A DNA stretch of 64,000 nucleotides from Candidatus Latescibacterota bacterium (GTDB lineage: Bacteria; Latescibacterota; UBA2968; UBA8231), in contig CBDETK010000013.1 of assembly GCA_965242865.1 (NCBI GenBank), forward strand, positions 384,001 through 448,000. The letters run 5' to 3'. The position numbers and the translations under genes were made by a program. Below the pieces are notes generated by a model that was not told the origin of the DNA, searched no databases, and saw nothing but the letters and a program-made list of their open reading frames with translations. Below, one piece after another: positions 36,599 to 46,606 of this stretch (positions are counted from its first letter, which is position 1; each line of letters opens with the position of its first letter).

Positions 36599-38295
36599 GG
36601 CTCGCCCTCGACGATGCGGACGAAGCGGCCGGCCGGCACCGTCCCCACAGTCTGCAATTCACCCGAGGGCCAACGAATTAGGATGCTGTCCACCGCTGTC
36701 CTGCGCCCGAGCCCGAAGTGTAAGCGCAGGTCGTTGTGCGACAGGTAACTGCTGCCGCCCCGCACCTCGGCCATCTGCCGCAGAGCAGCGGCAACCACGG
36801 TGACCCGCGCCCCGATCCCGCTGCGATTGCTCCGCGTACCTTCGACCTCGACGGAGATCCAGTTGGATCGATTGCCGCCGTCGTTTCTGAGCAGGTGCGG
36901 GGGCTGGTTGTTGTTCGACACGAATAGATCGACATCGCCGTCGTTGTCGTAGTCGGCCGCAGCCGATCCTCGCCCCACACCCGGTGAGAACGCCGTCAGC
37001 CCGCTGGCCACGGTCGCATCGGTGAACGTGCCGTCGCGATTGTTCAGGAAGAGCTGGTCGTGCTGGGCATAGCGCGGGCCGGCGCTGTCGAGAATCTCGA
37101 TGTTGGGCTCGACATGGCCGTTGGCGAGAAACAGATCGGGGTAGCCATCGTTGTCGATGTCGATGAAATCGGTCCCAAAGGTGAGGGTCTGATAGGTCGG
37201 CCCACCCAGTCCGCTCTGGGCGGTGTGGTCTGCGAATTGACCCGCCCCGGCATTGTGCAGCAGCCGGCAAGGCTCCCACTGAAAATTGCACACGCTTAGG
37301 TCGAGGCGGCCGTCGCGATCGTAGTCGGCCCAATCAGTGCCCATGCCCGCTTCCGGGACGCCATCGGGGCTGGTCGCGACGCTGGCGGCGACCCCGACTT
37401 CGGCAAATCGGGACCCGTCGTTGCGGAACAGGAAATTCGGCTCGTGGTCGTTGGCGACGTAGAGATCGAAATCGCCGTCGCTGTCGTAGTCGGCAAATCC
37501 CACGCCGAGCTGGCGGCCTTCTTCGGTCCAGAGTCCCATTGAGGCGGTGATGTCCGTGAAGCGGAGGTCGCCATCGTTGCGGAACAGCACCCCGGAATCG
37601 CCGGGATAGGCTCCAGGGCCGCAGTAAATCTGAATCGGCCCACTCCGGCACTCCGGGTGCTCGTCCCCGACGATCCGCACATCGTTGGCGACATACAGAT
37701 CCAAATCGCTGTCGAGATCGATATCGGCGAAGGCCGCGCTCGTGGACACCCGGAGGTCGCCGGTTCCCGCCCGGGCGGTCACGTCCGCAAAGCGGCCGTT
37801 GCCCAAGTTGCGATAGAGCCGGTTGGCGCCCCAGTTGGTGACGTAGAGATCCGCATGGCCATCGTTGTCAATGTCCCCAACGCCGACCCCCATGCCAAAG
37901 CTGGTGTCGGCGACCCCTGCTTCGGCTGCTCTATCGACAAACGTTCCGTCGGTCTGATTCGCAAACAGGGCGTTGGCCGGCGGGTCAGCGGTGCGTCCGC
38001 CGTGAATAGCCGCGCTGTTCACGACGTAGAGATCGGGAAAGCTGTCGCCGTTGAAGTCGGCAAATGCGGCGCCCGAGCCGTGGGTTTCGGGATAGTAATA
38101 GGACCCGGCCGCGCCGTTGAAGTGGCGGAATTCGATCCCAGCCTCGGCGGCGACCTCGCTGAAGCGAGGGAGGGGCCGCGCCGATTTTCCACCGTCGCTG
38201 CAACCCGACAAAACGAGCGCGGTCGCCAAAGCAACTCCCAGCACCCGACGTGGACGATTTGGGGCGTTGAATCGCTGCTGTACCCTATACATCAT
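36583..38295 (-). CDS. CRTAC1 / ASPIC-UnbV family FG-GAP protein
   Basis: LSGC lipobox; GMG..DYD.DG repeats; C-terminal SNRSGIGARV...GGSSYLS....LHFGLG...IRWPSG. Confidence 0.9.
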   Translation of the reverse strand: MMYRVQQRFNAPNRPRRVLGVALATALVLSGCSDGGKSARPLPRFSEVAAEAGIEFRHFNGAAGSYYYPETHGSGAAFADFNGDSFPDLYVVNSAAIHGGRTADPPANALFANQTDGTFVDRAAEAGVADTSFGMGVGVGDIDNDGHADLYVTNWGANRLYRNLGNGRFADVTARAGTGDLRVSTSAAFADIDLDSDLDLYVANDVRIVGDEHPECRSGPIQIYCGPGAYPGDSGVLFRNDGDLRFTDITASMGLWTEEGRQLGVGFADYDSDGDFDLYVANDHEPNFLFRNDGSRFAEVGVAASVATSPDGVPEAGMGTDWADYDRDGRLDLSVCNFQWEPCRLLHNAGAGQFADHTAQSGLGGPTYQTLTFGTDFIDIDNDGYPDLFLANGHVEPNIEILDSAGPRYAQHDQLFLNNRDGTFTDATVASGLTAFSPGVGRGSAAADYDNDGDVDLFVSNNNQPPHLLRNDGGNRSNWISVEVEGTRSNRSGIGARVTVVAAALRQMAEVRGGSSYLSHNDLRLHFGLGRRTAVDSILIRWPSGELQTVGTVPAGRFVRIVEGEPWTPL

Positions 38296-38325
38296 AATTA
38301 TAGCAATCCTACATCATTTTCAAGA

Positions 38326-38352
38326 CTGGATTCCCGCTTGTGCGGGAATGAC
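38326..38352. repeat. REP/dRS3-like palindrome CTGGATTCCCGCTTGTGCGGGAATGAC
   Basis: Reverse-orientation relative of 11041-11067. Confidence 0.7.
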
Positions 38353-38467
38353 GGAGACCGGCTCTACGGCTTGTTCAACATGACCCAAGGGGGATTTTTC
38401 AGACCGCCTCTAAGGAGGGTTGCTGTGAGGTCAGAGGCGAGTTGGTCGCAAGCGGGCGGCGGGCCGC

Positions 38468-39523
38468 TTAGTCCACCGCGGGATTTTCCAAATACGCCAG
38501 CAGCAACCGCGCCGCGTTGACGATGCCGTCCCACGCGCAGATTTCGTACCCGTGCGTGTTGTCGCCCGGGTAGCCAATCAGCGCCGCGCGCCCAATGGCA
38601 CCGGACGTTTTGGCAATGGACGAGTCGCTGGAGTACGAAGTGAGGACGGCCGGTTGGATGCCGAACCCGCCGACCGCGGCGAGGGCGTCAAAGCGGTCGA
38701 TGATGCGTGCGTCGTACAGGCCGCGGCTGTCGCGGACGCCGATGATAGGGTCGCCGCTGTTGGCCGTGCCATACTCAGCCGCGACCGGCGCAATGTCGAT
38801 GGCAACAGCCGCTTCTACCGGCAGCCGCCCGAGCGCGTACAGCGCGCCGTGCCCGCCGATTTCTTCGCTGGAACTGGCCACGAGATATACGTCTTGGGCC
38901 GGCCGGTTCGCCCGCAAGTGCAAGCCCACTTCAAGCATGATGGCCAAGCCGGCGCGGCAATCGAGGTTGTAGCCGCAGACGCAATCGCCTAGCCGCCAGA
39001 GTGCCTTGTGCCTACCGGCGATGACCACCCGGGTGCCGGCGCGCACCCCGCGCTGGGCCAACTCCTCGGGCGCGAGCCTCGTTTCAATCCACATCTGTTC
39101 CCATTTGAGGGGGTGGTCGTCTTTGAGCCGCCCGGCCGGACTCTCGGTGGAGACGTGCTTGGCGCCGATGGAGAGCACGCCCGGGCACAGACCGTCCCGC
39201 GCCATGATCTCGACCGGGCTTTCCCCGAGTGCCCAAGGGTGCAAACCGCCCAAGGGCTGCACCCGGATTTTGCCATCGGCTTCAACGCGCTTGACGATGA
39301 GGGCGATCTCGTCCTTGTGGGCGAGGGCTGCCACGGGCTGATCGCAGCGTTGGCCCTTGACGTGGATGATGATGTTGTCGGCCGCATCCTGCCAGACAGC
39401 GTCGCCGATGGGGGCGGCGAGCTCGGTGACGAGGGCGTCCATCGCGGCTTCCGCGCCCGAAGGCGCGTGTGCGGCGAGCAGCTGCTCGACAAAGCCGTAA
39501 AGGCGTTGGGCATCAATGGTCAT
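38468..39523 (-). CDS. M42-family metallopeptidase
   Basis: APSGAE, AHKDEI, LDCRAG, SEEIG, D, THGYE metal-ligand motifs. Confidence 0.85.
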   Translation of the reverse strand: MTIDAQRLYGFVEQLLAAHAPSGAEAAMDALVTELAAPIGDAVWQDAADNIIIHVKGQRCDQPVAALAHKDEIALIVKRVEADGKIRVQPLGGLHPWALGESPVEIMARDGLCPGVLSIGAKHVSTESPAGRLKDDHPLKWEQMWIETRLAPEELAQRGVRAGTRVVIAGRHKALWRLGDCVCGYNLDCRAGLAIMLEVGLHLRANRPAQDVYLVASSSEEIGGHGALYALGRLPVEAAVAIDIAPVAAEYGTANSGDPIIGVRDSRGLYDARIIDRFDALAAVGGFGIQPAVLTSYSSDSSIAKTSGAIGRAALIGYPGDNTHGYEICAWDGIVNAARLLLAYLENPAVD

Positions 39524-39527
39524 CGGG

Positions 39528-40457
39528 TCATTCTGCTTCCAGAACGTCCGGGTCGAGTTGATACCAAAACACCGTGCCGGATTTAATGAGGTCCTGTATC
39601 CGATCATCGCGGCGCAGGCCAGCGACCGCAGGGTATGAACGCCTACCTGTGAACTCGGTCAGCAACTCGGCGTTGCGCATGGCTCGACGGGTATCCCGTC
39701 CATTGGCGGTGAAGGAGATTTCTACGGCAATGTAACAAGGATCGCCATCCGAGTCCGTGGCCTCCATAATCAGGTCGGCCCGGCGGTAGCTTTTCAACTC
39801 GTTTGCGGGAATGATCGACGTGTTGGCTTGGTCGGTCATCATCCACAGATCATCTTGAGTGAGGGTTTTTGTCCGCCGCAGGCCCATTTCCCTAGCGATG
39901 CTAGTGGCTTCTCTGAGAGCGGCGGTGCGGGCGTGGCTGCCTTTGAGTATGCCGAGATCCGTTTGGATAGACCTCACTTGGGTTTTGAGCGTGCCGACAT
40001 CTTCTTTGAGTATGCTGACGTCTTTTTTGAGCGTACTGACCTCTTCTTTAAGCGTACTGACGTCTTCTTTAAGCGTACTGACGTCTTTTTTAAGTATGCT
40101 GACGTCTTTTTTAAGTATGCTGACGTCTTTTTTGAGCGTACTGACGTCTTCTTTAAGCGTACTGACGTCTTTTTTAAGTATGCTGACGTCTTTTTTAAGA
40201 ACGCCGACATCTTTTTTGAGAGCCTCTACTTGGGTTTCAAGGGCATCAAAACGTCGGTTCGTGGCCTCGACGAAGCTGTGCATCTCGGCGACGAAGCTGT
40301 GCATCTCGGCGACGAACTGAGTGAACTTTTGGGGCAGTTCGAGCAATTCGCGCGACAGCAGCCGAGTGCGCAGGGCCTCAACCCAATCGGGGTTTTCGTC
40401 CAGTGCGTGAAGCAGGTCTTCTATGGTATGGATCGTGGTCATTAAGTTCCCGCCCAT
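39528..40457 (-). CDS. Coiled-coil heptad-repeat protein with C-terminal PD-(D/E)XK-like domain
   Basis: 11 LK(K/E)DV(S/G)x heptads; ADL...YIAVEIS......D..RA motif. Confidence 0.7.
   Translation of the reverse strand: MGGNLMTTIHTIEDLLHALDENPDWVEALRTRLLSRELLELPQKFTQFVAEMHSFVAEMHSFVEATNRRFDALETQVEALKKDVGVLKKDVSILKKDVSTLKEDVSTLKKDVSILKKDVSILKKDVSTLKEDVSTLKEEVSTLKKDVSILKEDVGTLKTQVRSIQTDLGILKGSHARTAALREATSIAREMGLRRTKTLTQDDLWMMTDQANTSIIPANELKSYRRADLIMEATDSDGDPCYIAVEISFTANGRDTRRAMRNAELLTEFTGRRSYPAVAGLRRDDRIQDLIKSGTVFWYQLDPDVLEAE
39990..40220. repeat. Coding 21-bp tandem repeat (~11 units)
   Basis: GACGTCTT(T/C)TTTAAG(TATG/CGTA)CT-type units encoding the heptads. Confidence 0.9.
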
Positions 40458-40557
40458 TTTGCGTTTTGGAGCCTACGAATTTGTTTGATCTAAATAGACA
40501 GAAAGGCCCCGTCAAGCGCAAGTCTCGGGCGATCGCTCGGGCCGCGCAGAAAAGCGA

Positions 40558-41166
40558 TCAGGCCGGTGCGGCGAGCGGCCCAATCACTTCTTCGGCCAGC
40601 CCGCGCAAGGTCTTTTGCAGCCGCAGGCGGCCCCGGTTGACGCGCGATTTGACCGTGCCCACGGGGCAATTAATGATCTGGGCAATTTCCTCATACGAGA
40701 GCCCATTCATATCGCGGAGGAGCACGGCGGCGCGAAACTCTGTCGGCAGCCCCTCAATGGCATGGACGACGAGGGACTTGACGCGGGTGCCATCGGTCTG
40801 TTCGCCGGGCAGGGGGTCTTTGGCCACCGGCTCGTAAAAGGCGGCGGGCTGGTCGTCGTCACTGGGGCTGATCGGAACCCAATGCCAGCGCTTGCGGCGG
40901 CGCAGTTCGGTCTTGGCCAAATTGCCGGCAATGGTGTAGAGCCAAGTGGAAACCTGTTCGATGGCTGGGTACTGGTGGCTGTGGCGCAGGCAGCGGAGAA
41001 AAGTCTCTTGGACGATGTCCTCGGCCGTTTCCCTATCGCCGACAAAGCGATAGACGAAATTGTACAAAGGGGTGCGGTAGCGTTTGACCAGTATGCCGAG
41101 GTGGCCTTGGTCCTCAGCGGCCCGCAGCAAAACTTCCCTATCTGTGAGCTCCTTCGTCGCTTCCAT
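40558..41166 (-). CDS. ECF-family sigma-70 factor (RpoE/SigW-like)
   Basis: AAAGGAG RBS; [29 protein letters not shown]...[13 protein letters not shown]. Confidence 0.92.
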   Translation of the reverse strand: MEATKELTDREVLLRAAEDQGHLGILVKRYRTPLYNFVYRFVGDRETAEDIVQETFLRCLRHSHQYPAIEQVSTWLYTIAGNLAKTELRRRKRWHWVPISPSDDDQPAAFYEPVAKDPLPGEQTDGTRVKSLVVHAIEGLPTEFRAAVLLRDMNGLSYEEIAQIINCPVGTVKSRVNRGRLRLQKTLRGLAEEVIGPLAAPA

Positions 41167-41262
41167 GGTTGTGCTCCTTTTGGGTGACGTGCGCCGCTTG
41201 CTGAAGGCAAGGCGACACAACTCAAGCGATTATCGTCGTGGCTATACGGCTAACGTAAACTT

Positions 41263-41278
41263 AGCAAGAACCGTGCCA
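41263..41278 (-). promoter_or_regulatory. Sigma-54 promoter upstream of the ECF sigma gene
   Basis: TGGCACGGTTCTTGCT, consensus -24/-12. Confidence 0.8.
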
Positions 41279-41354
41279 TTGCTCGCGGAGGCGAAAATAG
41301 GCCCCTTTTCGCCCGTTTTTAGGGGGTATTGGCCACAAAAAACCGAATGCAGCA

Positions 41355-41387
41355 CTCAGAAATCTGAGGGTCCTCAGAAATCTGAGG
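41355..41387. promoter_or_regulatory. Tandem palindromes CTCAGAAATCTGAG x2 (putative activator sites)
   Basis: Two dyads with 18-bp period, ~80-110 bp upstream of the -24 box. Confidence 0.6.
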
Positions 41388-41470
41388 CTCGTCTTTTGAC
41401 AGATTTTGGGGCAAACAGTAGATTTCGCGCCGGTAAAATTCGCGTAATTGCTGGCGATGGAGGGGTGCTC

Positions 41471-42076
41471 GTGCAAGAGTTGACCACGCGCTTGGCGGCC
41501 TTGTGCCAAGCCAAGGGGGCCGAGAAATTCTCGGCCGAAGAAATAGTCGAGCTATTGACCGACGGCGAAGAGGTCGATTGGATCGTCGATCAAGTGCTAC
41601 CGGCCGCGGCGGAGGCCGATCGCCGCGAAATGGGCCAAGTACTGGCCGAAATAGCCGATGCGGTGGCACCGGCTCCCGCCCCCGGTGCCGAGGAACCGGG
41701 GGCCGTGGAGGAGGTGGACTTGTTCCTGCAAGCTCTGCCGGCCGGGGTTGACGTGCAGCAGGTCGAGGACCTGTTGCGCTCGCCGCAAGGGGCTTTGCTG
41801 GCCGATTTTAGTGCTTTTTGCCAAGAGCGCGGGTTTGAGGACGAGGGGGACGAAGCGGCGACGAGCGAAGCCGTAATGGAATTGCACGAGGAATGGCTAC
41901 AGACGCCACGGCCGGCGCTAGAAGGCGAAAAACCGGCCGCCGTGCTGGAGGGCGGTCGGCTCTTTCCCAGCAAGGTCGAGCCCTTCCGCCGCCAAACCCC
42001 CAAGGTCGGCCGCAACGATCCGTGCTCCTGCGGCAGCGGCAAGAAATTCAAAAGATGCTGCGGCCGGGCCGCTTGA
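41471..42076 (+). CDS. SEC-C motif protein
   Basis: C-terminal [21 protein letters not shown]; GTG start after GGAGG. Confidence 0.8.
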   Translation: MQELTTRLAALCQAKGAEKFSAEEIVELLTDGEEVDWIVDQVLPAAAEADRREMGQVLAEIADAVAPAPAPGAEEPGAVEEVDLFLQALPAGVDVQQVEDLLRSPQGALLADFSAFCQERGFEDEGDEAATSEAVMELHEEWLQTPRPALEGEKPAAVLEGGRLFPSKVEPFRRQTPKVGRNDPCSCGSGKKFKRCCGRAA

Positions 42077-42077
42077 G

Positions 42078-42617
42078 ATGACCCAGCTCCACCCCTCTAC
42101 GGTCATTGAAGGCGTTTATGTCGCCGAGCTGCAATCGCACGGCGACGAGCGGGGCCGCTTTACCGAGGTGTATCGCAAGGAGTGGTTTCCCCAGCACAGC
42201 TCCGCCCTACAGTGGAACCGTTCGGACTCGCAACGGGGCGTGCTGCGCGGCCTGCACTATCACCACCGCCAAGTTGACTACTGGCACTGCGGCCTGGGCG
42301 CGTTGCGCGTCGGGCTGCTCGATTTGCGCCGCAGCTCGCCGACCTGCGGTCGGGGGCAGGTCATCGGATTGGGTCAAGAGCTATTGCAAGGCGTCTTTAT
42401 TCCGGCGGGGGTCGCGCACGGCTTTTACGCCGTTACCGACGCCATGCTTTTTTACTTGGTCGATGCTTACTACGACGGCACGGACGAGTGGGGGGTGGCT
42501 TGGGACGATCCCGACGGGGGATTGGACTGGGGCATTGCAGAGGGGCCGATTCTCTCTCCGCGCGATCGGGCGAACCCGCGACTGCGAGACATTCCCGCCG
42601 AGGATCTGCCGGGCTAG
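42078..42617 (+). CDS. rfbC: dTDP-4-dehydrorhamnose 3,5-epimerase family protein
   Basis: DERG.F.E, GVLRGLHYH, DLR..SPT, IP.GVAHGF, WDDP motifs. Confidence 0.85.
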   Translation: MTQLHPSTVIEGVYVAELQSHGDERGRFTEVYRKEWFPQHSSALQWNRSDSQRGVLRGLHYHHRQVDYWHCGLGALRVGLLDLRRSSPTCGRGQVIGLGQELLQGVFIPAGVAHGFYAVTDAMLFYLVDAYYDGTDEWGVAWDDPDGGLDWGIAEGPILSPRDRANPRLRDIPAEDLPG

Positions 42618-42665
42618 GATACGTTGTTCGACAGCCGGGTACAAGGTTACAAAGGAGGTTACCGA

Positions 42666-43535
42666 ATGATTGCAGAGACGAGCACCGTAGTCTATCGAGC
42701 CATCAGCTTGGGTGCAGGAGCCCAGAGTTCAGTCCTAGCACTTCTCTTGTCTCGGTCTAACGCTCGCTTGGTCGAACTTGGGTATCCCAAGCCGGACGTC
42801 GCTATATTCGCCGACACCGGATGGGAGCCAGACTATGTGTACCGTCACTTGGACTGGCTCGAGGAGCAACTTGAGTATCCATTGCTTCGAGTGTCAGATG
42901 GCGACCTGAAGACCAACTTGAAAAAAGGACGCACGGTATCGAACCATCGCTTTGTCGATGTCCCTTTGTTCATGGTCAATCAGGATGGCAAGAAGGGCAT
43001 GCTGCGACGACAATGCACCAACCACTACAAGATCAGACCTATCTATCGGCGGATCAGGGAACTTGCAGGTGGACAGCGTGGACGGCCATTCCCGAAGGGT
43101 ACGCATGCCGAAATGTGGCTTGGGATTTCACTAGACGAGGTAGGCCGCATGAAACCGAGTAGGGAACCTTGGGTTGAGCATCGCTGGCCGCTTGTGGACC
43201 TCGGCATGTCGCGCCGCGATTGCGTTGAGTGGTTCGCCGCGGAGTATCCAAGCCGCCACTTGCCTAGGTCGGCCTGTGTAATATGCCCGTATCGGTCCGA
43301 CGAACATTGGCTCGAACTAAAGCGGTCGGAACCAGCCAGCTACGACGAAGCTGTAGAGTTCGACCGTTGGCTCCGACGAAGCAAAAAGACCCCTGTACGC
43401 AAGTTGCTGAATGGTCGCCCATACCTTCATGCCGCACGGCGGCCTCTTAGCAGCATCATAGAAGAACGGGAGATGGAAGGCGCGAACGAGATCAACAACT
43501 TCAATAACGAGTGCGAGGGCCTCTGCGGTGTCTGA
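42666..43535 (+). CDS. PAPS-reductase-like / PP-loop adenine nucleotide alpha-hydrolase with Cys clusters
   Basis: ISLGAGAQSS PP-loop variant, IFADTGWEP, RQCT..YKI.P, SAC..CPY, terminal ECEGLCGV. Confidence 0.7.
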   Translation: MIAETSTVVYRAISLGAGAQSSVLALLLSRSNARLVELGYPKPDVAIFADTGWEPDYVYRHLDWLEEQLEYPLLRVSDGDLKTNLKKGRTVSNHRFVDVPLFMVNQDGKKGMLRRQCTNHYKIRPIYRRIRELAGGQRGRPFPKGTHAEMWLGISLDEVGRMKPSREPWVEHRWPLVDLGMSRRDCVEWFAAEYPSRHLPRSACVICPYRSDEHWLELKRSEPASYDEAVEFDRWLRRSKKTPVRKLLNGRPYLHAARRPLSSIIEEREMEGANEINNFNNECEGLCGV

Positions 43536-44775
43536 AACAGGGCTGATAACGGTCAGTCCTAAGTTCCCGCTATATCCCTATCAGCGGCAGGTGCTGACTG
43601 ACATCGTCCGTGCCCTATCATCTCCTGAGCGTCGAGCTGTGGCTCATCTTCCCACCGGTGCCGGAAAGACCAGAATCGCAGCTCATATAGCCTGCCACTT
43701 GCTGAATGAGAAAGATACCAACGATTCCCTCGTCATCTGGTTGGCGGCTACAGAGGAACTTTGCGAACAGGCGGCAGACCAACTCTCAGAGGCTTGGACT
43801 CATCTGGGACGACGAGATGCCTGCATTCATCGACACTGGGGAAGCCGGTCGCTTGATCTAAGGCGTCTCCCAGCTGGGTTCTTGGTGACAGGTCTTGCCA
43901 AACTGCGCTCCGCTGCATTCCAAGACAACACCCTTCTTGCCCACCTTGCCCACTGTGTCGCGGCCATCATCTTTGACGAAGCTCATCAGGCAGTTGCGAA
44001 AACCTACTCCTTTATAACTGAGCAGCTATGCAGTGTAAGGCCGCCACTTCTCGGTCTTACGGCCACGCCGGGCCGCTCAGCGAATCTGACTGAGGACGAC
44101 TATCGACTTGCCGGCATGTTCAATCACAACAAAGTTTCGATAGACCCACGAGGCCACGCCAATCCCGTCACCTATCTCATCCAAAACCGCTACTTGGCCG
44201 ACCCGCGCTTTGTGCCAGTCAGCTTCGAGTCTGATGCTGCCATCGCAGACCCGCAACCCGGCATGGATTACAGCAAGGATGATCTTGACCATATAGGCCA
44301 CAACCGCGAACGTACTGGCAGAATCGTCGAACTCGCTGAGGCCGCGGCTGCACGACACCTTCGCACCCTTGTGTTCTGCCCGTCGGTAGAAAGTGCCTTG
44401 GAATGCAACAAAATTCTGCGAGAAAAAGGGGTCGTAGCTAACGTCATTACCGCCAATACTCCCGGTGAAGACCGGCGAGTTATCATCGACGGTTTCAAAA
44501 GTGCCAGCAGGGATCATATCGTGTTGTTTAACTACGGCGTACTCACCGCCGGTTTCGACGCACCCCGGACGCGATGCGTCATCATCGCTCGCCCGACTAC
44601 TTCTCTAGTGCTTTACTCGCAAATGGCGGGACGAGCGATGCGCGGCCCTAGGGCAGGTGGAAATTCAAAAGCTGAGATACTCACCGTTGCCGACACGAAT
44701 CTCCCGGGATTCGGGTCTGTGACTGATGCCTTCACAAATTGGGAGGAACTATGGTCGACCAACTCGCCGAACTAA
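43528..44775 (+). CDS. SF2 DEAD/DEAH-box helicase (restriction Res-like)
   Basis: LPTGAGKT, DEAH, GLTATP, QMAGRAMRG. Confidence 0.9.
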   Translation: MSETGLITVSPKFPLYPYQRQVLTDIVRALSSPERRAVAHLPTGAGKTRIAAHIACHLLNEKDTNDSLVIWLAATEELCEQAADQLSEAWTHLGRRDACIHRHWGSRSLDLRRLPAGFLVTGLAKLRSAAFQDNTLLAHLAHCVAAIIFDEAHQAVAKTYSFITEQLCSVRPPLLGLTATPGRSANLTEDDYRLAGMFNHNKVSIDPRGHANPVTYLIQNRYLADPRFVPVSFESDAAIADPQPGMDYSKDDLDHIGHNRERTGRIVELAEAAAARHLRTLVFCPSVESALECNKILREKGVVANVITANTPGEDRRVIIDGFKSASRDHIVLFNYGVLTAGFDAPRTRCVIIARPTTSLVLYSQMAGRAMRGPRAGGNSKAEILTVADTNLPGFGSVTDAFTNWEELWSTNSPN

Positions 44776-46604
44776 AAGACGCCGATCGCAGCCTCTTTCC
44801 AAGCGATTTAACCATACGTGCTCTACGAGATAGTCGGTATCACAACACCGCCTATGCCATTGCCGAACTCATCGACAACTCGATAGAGGCAAATGCTGGA
44901 CAGATTGACCTCCTCTGCATGGAAGAGCCTCAGAGAGTAAGGGCGCGGACTCAGCGACGAGTTTCCGAAGTGGCGGTCCTTGACAACGGCGATGGGATGG
45001 ACGTAAAGACCCTCCTTGACGCCCTCAAATTTGGCGGGGGAACCCGTCATAATTCGGATAGAGGAGTAGGGAAATACGGCATGGGCCTCCCCACCTCGTC
45101 GATGTCGCAATGCAAAAGGGTGGATGTATGGACGTGGCAGGATGGCCTAGATTCGGTATGGCACTCCAGCATAGACGCTGACGACATCGAGCAAGGGGAC
45201 CATGAGGTTCCCATTCCCGATCAAGAGACGCCTATACCCGAGGTCTGGAGAGAGGCCGGCAGCGACAAAATATATGAACATCGCTCGGGTACGCTTGTCG
45301 TTTGGAGCAAACTGGACAAAATTCAGTGGAGAACCGGCAGCACGATCCTCAGACACACAGCCCGAGAGGTCGGTCGGATCCATCGGCACTGGATTGATGC
45401 GGAGATGACAAAAATACGAGTCGGCTTTTTTCTCAAAAACCGCCCTACCGAAATTGAGAGCGAGGACTGTATTGTCGCAAACGATCCTCTCTACCTGATG
45501 AATCCTTCCTCTACTCCTGTGCCTTGGAGTAACGAACCGATGTTTAGAGAATGGGCCAAGAAAGAATATACGCCTACCGTGGAGGGCAAAGAGGTCACTA
45601 TTGAAGTGAAGTATTCAATCGTTAAGCCTGAAGCCTTGCAGACGAGCAGAGTTACGCAGAATCCCGGTGCTGAAAAGCATGGTACTCACGCCAGACACAA
45701 CATCGGCGTATCGGTCGTTCGGGAGGACAGGGAGATTGTGCTCGAAGACGCCTTTCTTAGGGAAGGTGGCAGTGCTGAGAATCCACAGAACCGCTGGTGG
45801 GGTTGCGAGGTGCATTTCCCTCGCAGTTGCGATGAGTTGTTTGGCGTAGATCACAACAAGCAGATGGCTGCAAATTTCACACATGCTGCGAAGACCCTCG
45901 CTCGTGACGACCGTCCCAATCAGGCAATACTAGACGAGATGGGAATCGACGACGACATCATCTATACCATAGTAGGAGATATCCGAGACCAAACACGTGC
46001 CATGATGCGTGAAATAAGGCAGATGTTTGATCAGAGATGGGACTCACAGAATGGGAGTGGCAGAAAAAGCCCCGAAAAGAAAGCCGCGAAGACCGCTACT
46101 GACGCAGACAGAGACGCTATAGAAGCCGGTAAAGAGACGCCGACTAAGACTGATAGAGACCGTGAGCAAATTCCGCCCCAAGAGCGGGAGGCTCGCCTTA
46201 CGGAACAGTTCAAAGCATCTGGTCGGGCCGATCAAGATGCCCAACAACTCGCGAAGCAGTTGGTAGAGGAAGACCTCTCGTACCAGTTCAACTCGGATCA
46301 GCTCGACGGATCCCAGATTTTTAACGTGCGCTCGAACCAAGGAGTTCTGCACATCAATCTCAACACCGACCACCCGATCTATAACCTCCTCAAGCACATT
46401 GAAGACGACCTTCCAGAAGATATAGACGAGAGCAACCCTGCATTCCAAGCCAGCGTTGCGATCAGATTATTGTTGTCGTCGTGGGCTCGAATGGAAGATC
46501 AGACCGAATCACGTGAGGAGCGAATACGCATTCAGGACATTGCCATAAACTGGGGTCGTCAGGTAGATAAGGCCATCAATCAACTGCGCGATAGAGAGGG
46601 CTAG
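44751..46604 (+). CDS. GHKL ATPase of the MORC/HATPase_c_3 type
   Basis: AIAELIDNS, DNGDGM, GVGKYGMGL, SGT.V.W motifs; GGAGG RBS. Confidence 0.85.
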   Translation: MVDQLAELKDADRSLFPSDLTIRALRDSRYHNTAYAIAELIDNSIEANAGQIDLLCMEEPQRVRARTQRRVSEVAVLDNGDGMDVKTLLDALKFGGGTRHNSDRGVGKYGMGLPTSSMSQCKRVDVWTWQDGLDSVWHSSIDADDIEQGDHEVPIPDQETPIPEVWREAGSDKIYEHRSGTLVVWSKLDKIQWRTGSTILRHTAREVGRIHRHWIDAEMTKIRVGFFLKNRPTEIESEDCIVANDPLYLMNPSSTPVPWSNEPMFREWAKKEYTPTVEGKEVTIEVKYSIVKPEALQTSRVTQNPGAEKHGTHARHNIGVSVVREDREIVLEDAFLREGGSAENPQNRWWGCEVHFPRSCDELFGVDHNKQMAANFTHAAKTLARDDRPNQAILDEMGIDDDIIYTIVGDIRDQTRAMMREIRQMFDQRWDSQNGSGRKSPEKKAAKTATDADRDAIEAGKETPTKTDRDREQIPPQEREARLTEQFKASGRADQDAQQLAKQLVEEDLSYQFNSDQLDGSQIFNVRSNQGVLHINLNTDHPIYNLLKHIEDDLPEDIDESNPAFQASVAIRLLLSSWARMEDQTESREERIRIQDIAINWGRQVDKAINQLRDREG

Positions 46605-46606
46605 GA

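Noticed and set aside
36583-38295. CRTAC1/ASPIC FG-GAP gene as a member of the peptide-linked family
   Set aside because: Different architecture (lipoprotein with ASPIC/UnbV tail, no CBM-like or FlgD-Ig domain), paired with a TPR gene and lacking the promoter module
39990-40220. 21-bp repeats as a non-coding or CRISPR repeat
   Set aside because: They are in-frame heptads of a coiled-coil CDS
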